Shown here piece after piece: positions 18,880-28,822 of a stretch of DNA of 64,000 nt. The position numbers and the translations under genes were made by a program. Each line of letters begins with the position of its first letter. The stretch's first letter is position 1. Source of the stretch: a virus (taxonomy: Duplodnaviria; Caudoviricetes); the IMG/VR virus record IMGVR_UViG_3300028591_000084; one strand, written 5' to 3'. The notes under the pieces were generated by a model. It did no database searches and was not told the DNA's origin. It saw only the letters and a program-made list of their open reading frames with translations.

Positions 18880-20255
18880 TCTTCATTAATTTTACTAAGT
18901 ACTACTCCGTCTGGTTTATCAAATACTTCAAACGGCGTGGCATAGTCGCCCTCCGTATTAAGTTGCTTAGTAATATTTCCTTTCTCTATATTGGAAACCC
19001 ACATACTTCCTAATTGCTGATAGGTTCCAGTATAGACCTCATAGGAATCGATATAAGTTGCCTTAAACCAGGTATTATTCTTCTTGAATAGCTGATCAAC
19101 GCTGAAAAATCTAACAACGTTTTCATACTTCTCGAAAAACTCTGCAGCCTTCATCTTACACTTAATTTGGAGATATTCCAAGAACCTATAATACTTATAA
19201 GCTCTAAGAGGCACACCATTATAGAAGGCTATTGGAAAAGTCTTGAAATCAGTCTTCTCATCCTTCTCATAAATCCTTCCGAATTTTGAGATTTTATACA
19301 TTCCGTGCACTGAGTCTCCTTTTGTTCCACGAAAGGAATACGTATTAGTTCCAAAGTCCTCCTTTAAGAACGACGGGAGTGCTTCTTCTTTTTTCTTTTG
19401 TGGCTGAAACTGGGCTTGATTATTCTGGTACCCTCCCTGGTAACCAGCTCCATAAAATCCACCATAATACCCAACATACTCACGACCCCACGACTTTGAC
19501 TGAAAGGAGTTCTTTCTTGGATATTCCTTAAATATTTCCAGTTCTCCTTTATCAATATCAAATTTCACCAAGGTATTTTCTCTTGGCACTAAAAGTTTTG
19601 TCTTCCTTGCTGTCGTTTGAAGCCATTTTGGAATAGAGCTAAAGATTATTCTATTCTTATCACTCACTAACCATAAAGGCCTCTCTTCATCTTCAGTATT
19701 ACTATTTTCAGTCTTCTTTGAAACACCCCTCCATAAAAGAACTAGGGGAGAAGGCTGTCTATAATCAACTACCACAAAAGCAGCACCACCGATATACTCA
19801 CTAAGACAATCATAACCCTTGTAATAGAAGATCCTAGCAAGAACTTGAGAATCGGTTAATCCTTTTATATCAATCTCAGGAATATATTTTTTAGCTAGAT
19901 CTTCGTAATTATGAATCGTGCCGTTATGGATCATCACAAACTTTACTTCTTTCGATCCACCTTTACCAGTTATAACAACTGGCTGAGCATTTTCTAGGGT
20001 AACTTTTCCTATACTAGCTTTCCTACAATGAACTAAAGCGATTTGTGCCTTAGTCGTTTTTGCTAATAGTTTTGAGTCTGCAAAGAAATCTTGAAATAAT
20101 TTCTTTTCATTGACTCCATACTCAACCTCGCCATCGATGAAAATACCACAGCTATCACCACCTCTGGTATCATTCGCTATACCTAAAGTTGTAAAAGTCT
20201 GGTAATCAAACGAGGCTCTTTTATCAACATTTATGATTCCTCCTATTCCACACAT
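18858..20255 (-). CDS. class II (Ntn) glutamine amidotransferase
   Basis: N-terminal MCGI, RGGDSCG, HCR.AS.G, NAQP, HNGTI, TDSQ. Confidence 0.9.
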   Translation of the reverse strand: MCGIGGIINVDKRASFDYQTFTTLGIANDTRGGDSCGIFIDGEVEYGVNEKKLFQDFFADSKLLAKTTKAQIALVHCRKASIGKVTLENAQPVVITGKGGSKEVKFVMIHNGTIHNYEDLAKKYIPEIDIKGLTDSQVLARIFYYKGYDCLSEYIGGAAFVVVDYRQPSPLVLLWRGVSKKTENSNTEDEERPLWLVSDKNRIIFSSIPKWLQTTARKTKLLVPRENTLVKFDIDKGELEIFKEYPRKNSFQSKSWGREYVGYYGGFYGAGYQGGYQNNQAQFQPQKKKEEALPSFLKEDFGTNTYSFRGTKGDSVHGMYKISKFGRIYEKDEKTDFKTFPIAFYNGVPLRAYKYYRFLEYLQIKCKMKAAEFFEKYENVVRFFSVDQLFKKNNTWFKATYIDSYEVYTGTYQQLGSMWVSNIEKGNITKQLNTEGDYATPFEVFDKPDGVVLSKINEECKLLMN

Positions 20256-21052
20256 GAATACATCAGATTATATTTACGAATAAGTTCCTTTGCCAGATTG
20301 GCATCACTACCATTAATACAGGTAATAACCTCATCACTCGATGGTAAAGGCTTAAAGTTATTCAGGGCATTAATTGACCTCTTAATACCATTCCAAACTG
20401 CCTCAAGAGTTGACACGTCCTTCATCATGGCACTGGACAAAATTCTCCACTCACAGCCATAATCTGTTAATCTGAAAGATCCTGCCTTTCCATACAAACT
20501 TCTTCTTCGCGTATCAGGATCCATAATAACAGAAGGAATACCAAGATAAGCATCCAGGTAACGAATCAACATTGTCGATGTTTCAATATTATAGTCATCA
20601 TAACCTACATGAATATGAAATCCAGCGCTTCTAAGGTTAGTTGAATTCCCTTTAGGTCTGGGATTTTCTGACTCTGTGTAGACATTATAATCAGGATCAC
20701 AACCAAACATTCTGGCTTCCTTAGATTTTAATTGATCCGTTGGAACCATTTGACTAGCAGAACACAATATCCCAAGGTCAGGGTTAATATTCTTCACAAA
20801 CTTATTAATATAACCTTTCATATACTGGATATTGTTAACAAATCCCTCCTTTGTTGTGACGGGTGGGATATTAAACTCAGCTAAAATATTGTCAATCTCA
20901 ATCCCAAATCCCTCCGGCATATCATCAGATCTCCAGGGATTACCTTTTTCTCCTGGAATAATACCAATCGATGATACTACCGTTCCTGTCTTTTCATTGA
21001 CGATGAAAAGCTCAGGATCTGCTCCAATAGTTACGTTTGTTGCTAGAATCAT
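20243..21052 (-). CDS. phiEco32-like COOH-NH2 ligase type 2
   Basis: TIGADPELF, DNILAEFN, FGCDPD, RSAGFHIH, RR.LYGKAG.FR, GCEWR.LS. Confidence 0.85.
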   Translation of the reverse strand: MILATNVTIGADPELFIVNEKTGTVVSSIGIIPGEKGNPWRSDDMPEGFGIEIDNILAEFNIPPVTTKEGFVNNIQYMKGYINKFVKNINPDLGILCSASQMVPTDQLKSKEARMFGCDPDYNVYTESENPRPKGNSTNLRSAGFHIHVGYDDYNIETSTMLIRYLDAYLGIPSVIMDPDTRRRSLYGKAGSFRLTDYGCEWRILSSAMMKDVSTLEAVWNGIKRSINALNNFKPLPSSDEVITCINGSDANLAKELIRKYNLMYSCVE

Positions 21053-21666
21053 AAATTATTTTTAATTAAATCATTAATCATTTTTGCTACTGGACTGTCC
21101 GGAATCATTTCTGGATGGCCCTGAACTGCTAAACACTTAGGTTTATCCTTCAAGTGATATAATACAATTTCAGGTTCTCCAAATCTTTCAACAACTTCAG
21201 GAACAATCTTATCTCCCTCTAGTTGTCCATAGCTCAGATTCTCAGCCCAGTATAAGATATCATAGTTTTCCTTGGGTAAGTCGAAAGGGTACTGCATCTG
21301 ATGGTGAGTGCTCGTTATCTGATATATAAAGTTTCCGTTTGTTATCGCATGGGTTGATCCTATTGCGTGATTTCTGCAATTTTGAATTAACTTACCTCCA
21401 TTCATAACACAAAGAAACTGAGATCCTCTACAGATACCTAAAACCAATTGATCAGGACGAATAGAATCAAAAACCTTCTTCTCTTCCTTGTCTCTTCTCT
21501 CATTGTTATAGGTAGTCGCATGTTTTTTACATCCATACAATCTCGGTGTAACATCTTCGCCACCAGTGAAAATTACTAATTCTGCATCTTCAATCTTATC
21601 TACCAACTCGACATTCTCAATAAATCGTGCATAATTTACACTGTTTCCGACCACATAAGTCTTCAT
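21049..21666 (-). CDS. class I glutamine amidotransferase / peptidase C26-like, copy 2
   Basis: FTGGEDV.P, GICRG (nucleophile Cys), STHHQ, QGHPE. Confidence 0.85.
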   Translation of the reverse strand: MKTYVVGNSVNYARFIENVELVDKIEDAELVIFTGGEDVTPRLYGCKKHATTYNNERRDKEEKKVFDSIRPDQLVLGICRGSQFLCVMNGGKLIQNCRNHAIGSTHAITNGNFIYQITSTHHQMQYPFDLPKENYDILYWAENLSYGQLEGDKIVPEVVERFGEPEIVLYHLKDKPKCLAVQGHPEMIPDSPVAKMINDLIKNNL

Positions 21667-22499
21667 CCTATTTTTATCTTATTATCTATTAGAAAATTAT
21701 AATATTTTAAATACTTGACTTCACGGACTTTATAATCCTCGTCAGTAATAAAGCATTCAGGGCTTTTTAGATTTATAACACATTCATCAGCAACCGCAAA
21801 GCTTGGCCTCTTGACTCTATCAAGATTATAGTACAAACCATTACAACATTTGCACTTCTCTAACTTTTTTCGAATCTCCTTTCTCCCAATAGGTATATTG
21901 CCCCTGCCATATTCTGATAGACTATGACCTCCATTCCAGTGACAATTCAAGGAAAAACCAAAGTAACATCCAGCATCGGAACAGATTACAATTGCTGCTT
22001 CTGGAGAGATCAAATTCTGGAGAGTAGCCCTGAATCTAATAGCATCCTTAAGAAATCCTGCGAAAGGATACTCATAAGCATATCTAACCCAGGTCAGGAT
22101 ATATTTATGTATTATAGGTTTAGGACTATTTATAATAAGATCTATGACAAAACAGGGATATTTCTTCTTTAATTCTGGAAGCTTTTGTTCATTCTCTTCC
22201 TTGATAGAGAACTTCATAATACCAGGACCAACCACAAATTGAGCTGACCTTATATGATTAAGGAGTTGTCTTTTAGTCAGTAGGGTATAATTATTCCAAC
22301 TATGCTTTGTAATTGGCTCTGGATCCCTGACCATAATAATATGATAATGAGTCTTCTTAATATCTTTGGAATGACCATCTAAATAACGAAAATCGTTGGA
22401 AAAGCAAGCATGGGTTCCCATTGAAGTAATGTAGTTGCCATCCTTGCCATCTTCGTTAACTATCGCAGAATAATAAAGGGTTCTATAGTTTAGATACAT
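21663..22499 (-). CDS. hypothetical protein, paralog of 23112..23960
   Basis: KYILTWVRYAYEYPF versus KFILTSIRYLYEAPY; N-terminal H.x.CF. Confidence 0.7.
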   Translation of the reverse strand: MYLNYRTLYYSAIVNEDGKDGNYITSMGTHACFSNDFRYLDGHSKDIKKTHYHIIMVRDPEPITKHSWNNYTLLTKRQLLNHIRSAQFVVGPGIMKFSIKEENEQKLPELKKKYPCFVIDLIINSPKPIIHKYILTWVRYAYEYPFAGFLKDAIRFRATLQNLISPEAAIVICSDAGCYFGFSLNCHWNGGHSLSEYGRGNIPIGRKEIRKKLEKCKCCNGLYYNLDRVKRPSFAVADECVINLKSPECFITDEDYKVREVKYLKYYNFLIDNKIKIG

Positions 22500-23115
22500 A
22501 ATTTCTTATAGTTTGATTAACCCATGAACAAAATTTAGATCCTAACATCATTTCTGGATGTCCTTGAATTCCAAAACAAGTAGGAAGTCCAGGTCTATGA
22601 TAAACTACTACTTCTGGCTCTCCATAAATCTGAAATTTCTCAGGATCTACACCATCACCTTCATAGAAAGTACTTTGATTACCCTTTGACTTAAACAGGA
22701 TTTCATAGTCTGTCTCAGGTAAGTCGAAAGGATACTGCATCTGATGGTGGAGAGACGTAACTGAAAACTCCTGCTTTCCATCAAGACTAGTGATCATGTG
22801 TCTATAGCCGGTCCAATGATTATCACAATCCTGAACAAGAATCCCACCGTATAAAGCACAGAATAACTGGGCCCCACGACAAATTCCAACAGCTAATTGA
22901 TTAGGCTTCATTTGTTTAAAAGCCTGTATCTCCACTTTATCTCTAAACCGATTAAAATATGTCGTTGGGTGTACTTTCTTGTTATAAATCTTAGGATTAA
23001 TATCTTCACCTCCAGCAAAGAGGACAATATCTGCTTCTTCTATATTATCAACCAGATTTCGTTCCTCTAAGAAGGCTGTATAACTATAGTAATTTCCTAC
23101 TAAATATGTCTTCAT
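22483..23115 (-). CDS. class I glutamine amidotransferase / peptidase C26-like, copy 1
   Basis: FAGGEDI.P, GICRG, SLHHQMQYPFDLP, QGHPE. Confidence 0.85.
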   Translation of the reverse strand: MKTYLVGNYYSYTAFLEERNLVDNIEEADIVLFAGGEDINPKIYNKKVHPTTYFNRFRDKVEIQAFKQMKPNQLAVGICRGAQLFCALYGGILVQDCDNHWTGYRHMITSLDGKQEFSVTSLHHQMQYPFDLPETDYEILFKSKGNQSTFYEGDGVDPEKFQIYGEPEVVVYHRPGLPTCFGIQGHPEMMLGSKFCSWVNQTIRNYVSKL

Positions 23116-23960
23116 ACTTTTAAAACTTCATAACAAACTTTATATAATTCAGTAAAGAATTGCTGAACCTTAGTATCAAACCAAAATTCCTCTGAATATA
23201 TTTTACTCTCCCTATCGCTAATCACACCATAGTTAGGGTCGACTTCCTTCATCTTATCGTATAGAGCTGAATCAATCTTACGCCTTTTTTCATAAGGTAC
23301 GCTCAGATAAGCACTGGAGATTTTATCCTTAGTTGTAAGTCTCTCTTTTATATCCTCTATTGAAGTGAGTTGCTTATAGGGAATCATAAGACACTGATCA
23401 TATCTATATCGCAACCTAATAGCTTCAGATCCCGCAGTGGTCGAGACAAGATTGATTAAGTTCATCAAATGCTCATCAGGAAATACGGATTTAATTCTAA
23501 GAGCTTCCAACAGAATAAAGCTGTATGGTGCTTCATAGAGATATCTGATACTAGTGAGAATAAACTTCAACTCACACTTTCTTAGGTTTCCTTTAATTGT
23601 TATAGCATACCAGAACAAATCTGAACCCTTTGGCACTCTTTCAATGCATTTAAGAGATCTCAAGAAGACTTTCTTTATTGAATAGCGGAAGTCTACATAT
23701 GTTCTAATCTCATCCAAATATTTCTTAGTTGAGGGTAGGTTGAGATAGGAATAGTTTTTTGCTTTCCGTTCAAACTCTGCATTAGGATTATCATAAAGAT
23801 GTCTAGGACGAACATAAACGGTCCATTTAATCCTATGCTTTTCCCTAGCCTTATTGAACATACTTAACCCACGATAAAAACACGGCCCAGAATGAAGGCC
23901 TAAACGAACATGCTTACTACAGCGAAAAACACTTAATGTTGATAAATAATTTGTATTCAT
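23112..23960 (-). CDS. hypothetical protein, paralog of 21663..22499
   Basis: shared ILT..RY.YE.P motif and NY.L segment. Confidence 0.7.
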   Translation of the reverse strand: MNTNYLSTLSVFRCSKHVRLGLHSGPCFYRGLSMFNKAREKHRIKWTVYVRPRHLYDNPNAEFERKAKNYSYLNLPSTKKYLDEIRTYVDFRYSIKKVFLRSLKCIERVPKGSDLFWYAITIKGNLRKCELKFILTSIRYLYEAPYSFILLEALRIKSVFPDEHLMNLINLVSTTAGSEAIRLRYRYDQCLMIPYKQLTSIEDIKERLTTKDKISSAYLSVPYEKRRKIDSALYDKMKEVDPNYGVISDRESKIYSEEFWFDTKVQQFFTELYKVCYEVLKV

Positions 23961-23966
23961 AACACT

Positions 23967-24008
23967 AAAAAAAGAAGATGGAGTATTTCCACAGTTGAAT
24001 ACTCCACC
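23967..24008 (-). terminator. terminator/attenuator-like hairpin between the 355-aa gene and the amidoligase operon
   Basis: GGTGGAGTATT-caactgtgga-AATACTCCATC plus T-tract. Confidence 0.65.
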
Positions 24009-24040
24009 AAGCTGAAATTAACTTCGACTAAAATCTGTTA

Positions 24041-25108
24041 TCACTCAGCTGCCTGTTCAGGCTCTGACTTAGGCGCTGCTGCCTGCACGGGCTGGCCAAA
24101 GATGTTGCCACCAAAACCGCCCAGACCGATAGATGACATGAGCAGAAGATCCTTCATATCGAAACCGTCACCTCCCTTGTCGCTGAGCAGGGCGAGCATC
24201 ATAGGATTCATACCTACGGCACCACCAGCCTGGTTCATCAACATAAGGGGAAGCAGGTTACTGCTCTTCTTGTCATCAGCCATTGCCATGAGCAGAAGCG
24301 GATTGATATTCTGACCGCCACCAAACATGTTCTCAAGGTTTCCAGCCAGGCTAACCACGACACGGACCATCGTCTGGTTGAACAGGAAGTCCTTAATCGT
24401 GTGAATAGTCTTGCCAGCGCCGGTATAACCAATGGCAGTAATCTTCTGGCCATCGATCTTCGTCACCTTGGCATAACCACGGCCTGTTGCGATGACATCA
24501 CCAGCTGTCAATTGAGTAGCAGGCTTAGACATCACAAAGACGGGCAGCCCAGAGATAGTCATCTCCTCCGGATAGGAAATCAGCTCGTTGTTCTTGTCGA
24601 TCGTCACATAACCACTGTCGGTGGCCACGCACAGTTCGCCATTCAAGCTAATACGTACATCACTTACCTCTTTCGGGGTATACATTTCGCGGAGACGCTC
24701 TCCAAAGCCTTTGATTGAATTCTTCATGTTTGTTGCTTTTACGTTGTTATTTGTTTCTGTGATAAGTGGTTTAGCGCTTTTGCACCAGGTCTCAAATCTT
24801 ACGATCTGACTAACGCCGGTAATGTTGACATTCTTGGCGCCATACTCTCTCTTGATCTTCTCAAGATAAGTACGATCCTCGAACGAGAGATTCTCAAGCT
24901 CCTCAGTGAATGCACGAAGGATGTATGCGCTATTACCCTTCTTTGTAATCACCAAGTCACCTGCCTTGACATCTGCGAGAGATTGAGACAAGGCTACACT
25001 TGCAATGTAGAACTTTGGCTCTGTCTTTGCAAACTCAATCACATCCGCCATGTTTCGCGGAGACGTCCTCAAATTAGAGGTGTAGACAATAATCTTGTTG
25101 TTCTTCAT
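24041..25108 (-). CDS. GC-rich-coded protein with C-terminal Met/Leu-rich NPxxLxxM repeats
   Basis: NPLLLMAM, LLPLMLM, NPMMLALL, DLLLM; many C/G-ending codons unlike neighbours. Confidence 0.8.
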   Translation of the reverse strand: MKNNKIIVYTSNLRTSPRNMADVIEFAKTEPKFYIASVALSQSLADVKAGDLVITKKGNSAYILRAFTEELENLSFEDRTYLEKIKREYGAKNVNITGVSQIVRFETWCKSAKPLITETNNNVKATNMKNSIKGFGERLREMYTPKEVSDVRISLNGELCVATDSGYVTIDKNNELISYPEEMTISGLPVFVMSKPATQLTAGDVIATGRGYAKVTKIDGQKITAIGYTGAGKTIHTIKDFLFNQTMVRVVVSLAGNLENMFGGGQNINPLLLMAMADDKKSSNLLPLMLMNQAGGAVGMNPMMLALLSDKGGDGFDMKDLLLMSSIGLGGFGGNIFGQPVQAAAPKSEPEQAAE

Positions 25109-25155
25109 AATTAAAACTAGTTTTGATTAAACGCTGCTCTGTGGACAGCAACTTT

Positions 25156-25210
25156 GAACCTGTATCCGGATTCGAACCGAATAAACCCAAAAACTCTTGT
25201 CTTACAGGTG
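25156..25210 (-). ncRNA. tRNA-like element (acceptor stem plus T-arm only)
   Basis: ACCUGUA/UACAGGU 7-bp stem and UUCGG-UUCGAAU-CCGGA T-arm; only 21 nt where the D and anticodon arms should be. Confidence 0.5.
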
Positions 25211-25379
25211 ACTCTTGGAGAAACTAACTTATTATTGCAAACTGTCATCAATAAGCAATCAATAATTTTCTTTATTTTGTTTCTCATCACAATAGTAAAG
25301 AGTTGAGGGGATTTGAATTCCAGGCAATTTTTAGGAATAAGTTAATACAGAGTCCAGTTAAAAAAGAAACTGCCCAGAA

Positions 25380-25757
25380 TTACTGAGCAGCCTCTTCATA
25401 TAACAATCTAAATTGAATAGGAGTTAATGAAAATATTCCTCCTATCTTTCGACTAATATCTTTACAAATCACATCAGACCTACTTTTTGTTGTGACTAAT
25501 TTTGAATTCCCTGAACTAGTTAATAATTCATATCCACCTTGATTATTATCCCTGGTCTGAAGGTAGACTCTATTTGTATTTGCATCAATAGCTGCTATTT
25601 TGGCCAAATCGGATAACCACTCTGGTACTGGTTGACCTAATTTCCAGGTTATTATTTTGGCAGGATACTTCTCATTCCACCCCCTCTGAACGTAATAGCC
25701 GCTATAGTCCTTTCTTCTTCTCTTTATCAATTTTTTTAAAATACTCATCAAGACCAA
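25380..25757 (-). CDS. hypothetical protein
   Basis: operon ORF. Confidence 0.65.
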   Translation of the reverse strand: MVLMSILKKLIKRRRKDYSGYYVQRGWNEKYPAKIITWKLGQPVPEWLSDLAKIAAIDANTNRVYLQTRDNNQGGYELLTSSGNSKLVTTKSRSDVICKDISRKIGGIFSLTPIQFRLLYEEAAQ

Positions 25758-26430
25758 AATTTAGGTTATCTAAGCCTAATTTCTTAATATAGGATCCTAA
25801 GAGATAAGTTAAATCGCCCTCTGAAAAAGTTTTGATGTAATCCTGAATCTCCTTGTCTTCCGGATCTTCTCCCAACATAGCATTAATAACAGGCTTCTTC
25901 AAATAGATTATTGGAGAAGTTGTTTTATGTGTTGACCAGACTCTATCATTAATCAACTTATCCTTTCCTATCCAAGCCTTCTTAGCTTCATAAATTTCAG
26001 CCAGTTCAACGTTATTAAGACGACGAATTTCGGTTATAGGAAGATTACTACCGCCAAGAGCTATATCTTCTGGGATTCTGTTAATAAGATCAGAGTAATT
26101 ATTCTCAGATAAATAGTTCGTATCAGTTATAATAAACTCTGAATGTTTATTAAATACTTCCCTGCAATAAGATAAAAGAATAAAGAAAGGAACCCCAAGT
26201 GGCTCATCAGTATTATTGATAAAACCACAAGCACCATAAAGATTTGAAAATTTATTTGGAAAGATATTATACTTCTCCTTAAAAATAAATAGAAGATCAC
26301 TAATCTTAGCCAAAGCATCTAAATTTTCATGAACTGCCTCATTAACAGGAAATTCATCTCTATTAACAAGAACGATTGAAACAATACCATGTGTTGGTTG
26401 TTTCAATACAAAAACTGAATTCTTATCCAT
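25702..26430 (-). CDS. hypothetical protein
   Basis: 242-aa ORF. Confidence 0.7.
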   Translation of the reverse strand: MDKNSVFVLKQPTHGIVSIVLVNRDEFPVNEAVHENLDALAKISDLLFIFKEKYNIFPNKFSNLYGACGFINNTDEPLGVPFFILLSYCREVFNKHSEFIITDTNYLSENNYSDLINRIPEDIALGGSNLPITEIRRLNNVELAEIYEAKKAWIGKDKLINDRVWSTHKTTSPIIYLKKPVINAMLGEDPEDKEIQDYIKTFSEGDLTYLLGSYIKKLGLDNLNFGLDEYFKKIDKEKKKGL

Positions 26431-26441
26431 ATACGTTAATT

Positions 26442-26831
26442 TTATAATAAATTTTTCATTACACGTTTTTCATAGTCATATAAAGATTTTTGTCTTCTTT
26501 CTAACTCCTGGATGAGTAAAAGATTCCAAATATCTCTAGCCTCTTCTTCTGTTTTTACAACAAAAGACTTACCATCCCAGACTGATGACTCTAAATATTC
26601 TACTCTTGTTTGAAATATTAGCTGACCAGTTTTTTCAAAGTATTCAGCATCATAAAACTCAGTAAATTCATCTTTACCACTAGGGGTAACATAACGATTA
26701 CAAAGAACTCTAATTGGTCTTTGCCCAAAATTAGGTTGATCAAACCTTACCCAGATATGATAATAATAGTTACCGGGCTCATAAGTTTTTAAATTAAACT
26801 TTCTAAGTTCTTTTATTTGTTCTTTAGTCAT
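26442..26831 (-). CDS. hypothetical protein
   Basis: promoter motif directly upstream. Confidence 0.7.
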   Translation of the reverse strand: MTKEQIKELRKFNLKTYEPGNYYYHIWVRFDQPNFGQRPIRVLCNRYVTPSGKDEFTEFYDAEYFEKTGQLIFQTRVEYLESSVWDGKSFVVKTEEEARDIWNLLLIQELERRQKSLYDYEKRVMKNLL

Positions 26832-26832
26832 C

Positions 26833-26882
26833 TCAAAAATAAGGTTTTGACTCCTTTAAACCACCAAAATCCTTAATAATGA
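26833..26882. promoter_or_regulatory. divergent pair of C(C/T)TTA-N4-TG promoter motifs
   Basis: CCTTAttttTG on the minus strand (core 26840-44) and CCTTAataaTG on the plus strand (core 26871-75) between divergent genes. Confidence 0.6.
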
Positions 26883-26898
26883 CGTAAAACGAATTATT

Positions 26899-27231
26899 AT
26901 GAGAATAACAAAAATTAATTTAGAGGTTTTAGGTATTAGAAAAATGTTAGAGAACATGGGTCTCGACATAGATGATGTTAGCAAACTTCCAAACGAGGAA
27001 CTTGAACAACTAACACAACTTGGTATTGATCTTCCTAAGATTCTAAGTTCTGAGCAGGAGATTAAAATCAATATTAACCTTAATCAAGTTATTGCTTATG
27101 GGGAACCTAAAGAAATTCCTGGATTTCCACAAGTTAGAGGATTTCATGTTTGGGTCAGTGGAAGTAAAGATCCCTGGTTTATTGCTGAGGAGGATTACGA
27201 AACCTTTAAAATTGGCTTTGAGAAATTATGA
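26899..27231 (+). CDS. hypothetical protein
   Basis: first gene of a plus-strand unit. Confidence 0.7.
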   Translation: MRITKINLEVLGIRKMLENMGLDIDDVSKLPNEELEQLTQLGIDLPKILSSEQEIKININLNQVIAYGEPKEIPGFPQVRGFHVWVSGSKDPWFIAEEDYETFKIGFEKL

Positions 27232-27884
27232 TTCTAACTATACTTGGTAGGAAGTATAAGATTGATTGTGGTAAGGGTCAGACAAACTATACTTCTCCTA
27301 AGATCCTAGAAAAACTCAATAAAATCATAGAGTGGGACTTAGTAAAGGTTGCGGGTGATGTACCAAAAGAATCATATCTGACTAATAAATGTCTTTGTCC
27401 TGGTGATGTCATAACTATTAATAATACAATAATTGCTATTAATAGTGAAGATGAACTTGTTACTATTATTACTTCTACCGGTATAAACTCACTAAAACGA
27501 ATAGTAGAAGAGAGTATTTTAACTGAGTATAGGATTAGACAAGCCCCGGATATTGATAATATAGAGTGGGAAGTGCTCGATACTGAAAGCGATAATCCTA
27601 CTTATGACGGAAAAGTAACAGTTGACTATCCCGTTTATAGACTCTGGAAGGATATTTTTGCTAAAGATAGAGGAAACTATATTAAAGTTAAAGCTAAAAT
27701 CCCGGAGCTCTTAGTACCCATCGACCTAGTATTTGGACCGTGGACAGTCTTATATAAATCGTGTGATTGGGACGAAGACGATAGATTTCTAATAATACAG
27801 GTCGTCGAACAAATAATAGGTAATTTCATAAACAAATATGATAGGATATTACCTCCTGATGAAAGTGAGTCGAAGGAAACCTGA
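27228..27884 (+). CDS. hypothetical protein
   Basis: ATGA overlap. Confidence 0.7.
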   Translation: MILTILGRKYKIDCGKGQTNYTSPKILEKLNKIIEWDLVKVAGDVPKESYLTNKCLCPGDVITINNTIIAINSEDELVTIITSTGINSLKRIVEESILTEYRIRQAPDIDNIEWEVLDTESDNPTYDGKVTVDYPVYRLWKDIFAKDRGNYIKVKAKIPELLVPIDLVFGPWTVLYKSCDWDEDDRFLIIQVVEQIIGNFINKYDRILPPDESESKET

Positions 27885-27900
27885 TTGATCAAAATCTCCT

Positions 27901-28674
27901 ATGAATAAAGTCTTAGTGTTACCAAGGTCAGAGTTTCAAAATAGAATCGACGAATTTGTTGAAAGAGATGATGTTATAATTTCGATAGAAGATTACAGAA
28001 ATCCACTTCCACATATTCTTACAAAAGATAACTGCAACAATTATATCCTTAATATTAACTTTGATGATATAAATGAAGAGCGGTATATGTGGGTAGGGCC
28101 AGATCCAACTGATTATCTGAAACAAGTCACGAAAGAGCAGATACAGGAAATAGACGAAGCAGTGGATTATGCTAGTAAACAAGAAAAAAGATTAGTAGTT
28201 CACTGTACGGCTGGCCAATCAAGATCTAAGGCTGTTGGGGAATATGCTAGAACAGTGTACGGATATGTACCTGAGGAGGAGATATTCTATTATAATGGTA
28301 CTGTCTTAATGCTTCTTAAAAAATTCTACTATCGGAAGCATGGTTTTTATCAATACGAAAGCCCAGAATCAGAGATAGCTTACCTAAAAGAAGAATTCTC
28401 TGGTAAACCATTGATATTTATGAACTCTATTAGAGAACTCAATTCAATCACAAAAGGTGATGGGTATGAACTAGTAAGGCCTGATGATGTTTTCTTCTTA
28501 GAGGAAATAAATCCATGCTCAGAAAAGGAAAAATATCTCTGGACCTTAAGTCAACTCGATACTGGAAAACTAACATCAATTGTTGGTTGGCCAGAAACTA
28601 TCGACGATCTTAGACTATTTCCAAAACTGAAAAAGTATGAGAAGAAGTTACAGAATTATAAAGGAAGCAGTTAA
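27901..28674 (+). CDS. protein tyrosine/dual-specificity phosphatase-like protein
   Basis: CX5R P-loop VHCTAGQSRS; upstream FDD. Confidence 0.8.
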   Translation: MNKVLVLPRSEFQNRIDEFVERDDVIISIEDYRNPLPHILTKDNCNNYILNINFDDINEERYMWVGPDPTDYLKQVTKEQIQEIDEAVDYASKQEKRLVVHCTAGQSRSKAVGEYARTVYGYVPEEEIFYYNGTVLMLLKKFYYRKHGFYQYESPESEIAYLKEEFSGKPLIFMNSIRELNSITKGDGYELVRPDDVFFLEEINPCSEKEKYLWTLSQLDTGKLTSIVGWPETIDDLRLFPKLKKYEKKLQNYKGSS

Positions 28675-28822
28675 TAAGTACAGAATTGAGAAAAGAAAAT
28701 ACTGGTTCTTTTGGGGAAAACCAAAATTTAACAAACCTCACCTTTTCAATAATCTAGATAATGCAATAGAAAAATTAATAGCTGAGGATCCTAACTGTAA
28801 TATAGACTATGAAACTAGCTGA
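28637..28822 (+). CDS. hypothetical protein, paralog of 39354..39674
   Basis: RII...YRIE.R..FFW..P.F..PH.F. Confidence 0.6.
   Translation: MRRSYRIIKEAVNKYRIEKRKYWFFWGKPKFNKPHLFNNLDNAIEKLIAEDPNCNIDYETS

Noticed and set aside
25156-25210. Functional tRNA gene
   Set aside because: No D arm or anticodon arm and no encoded CCA; reported only as tRNA-like
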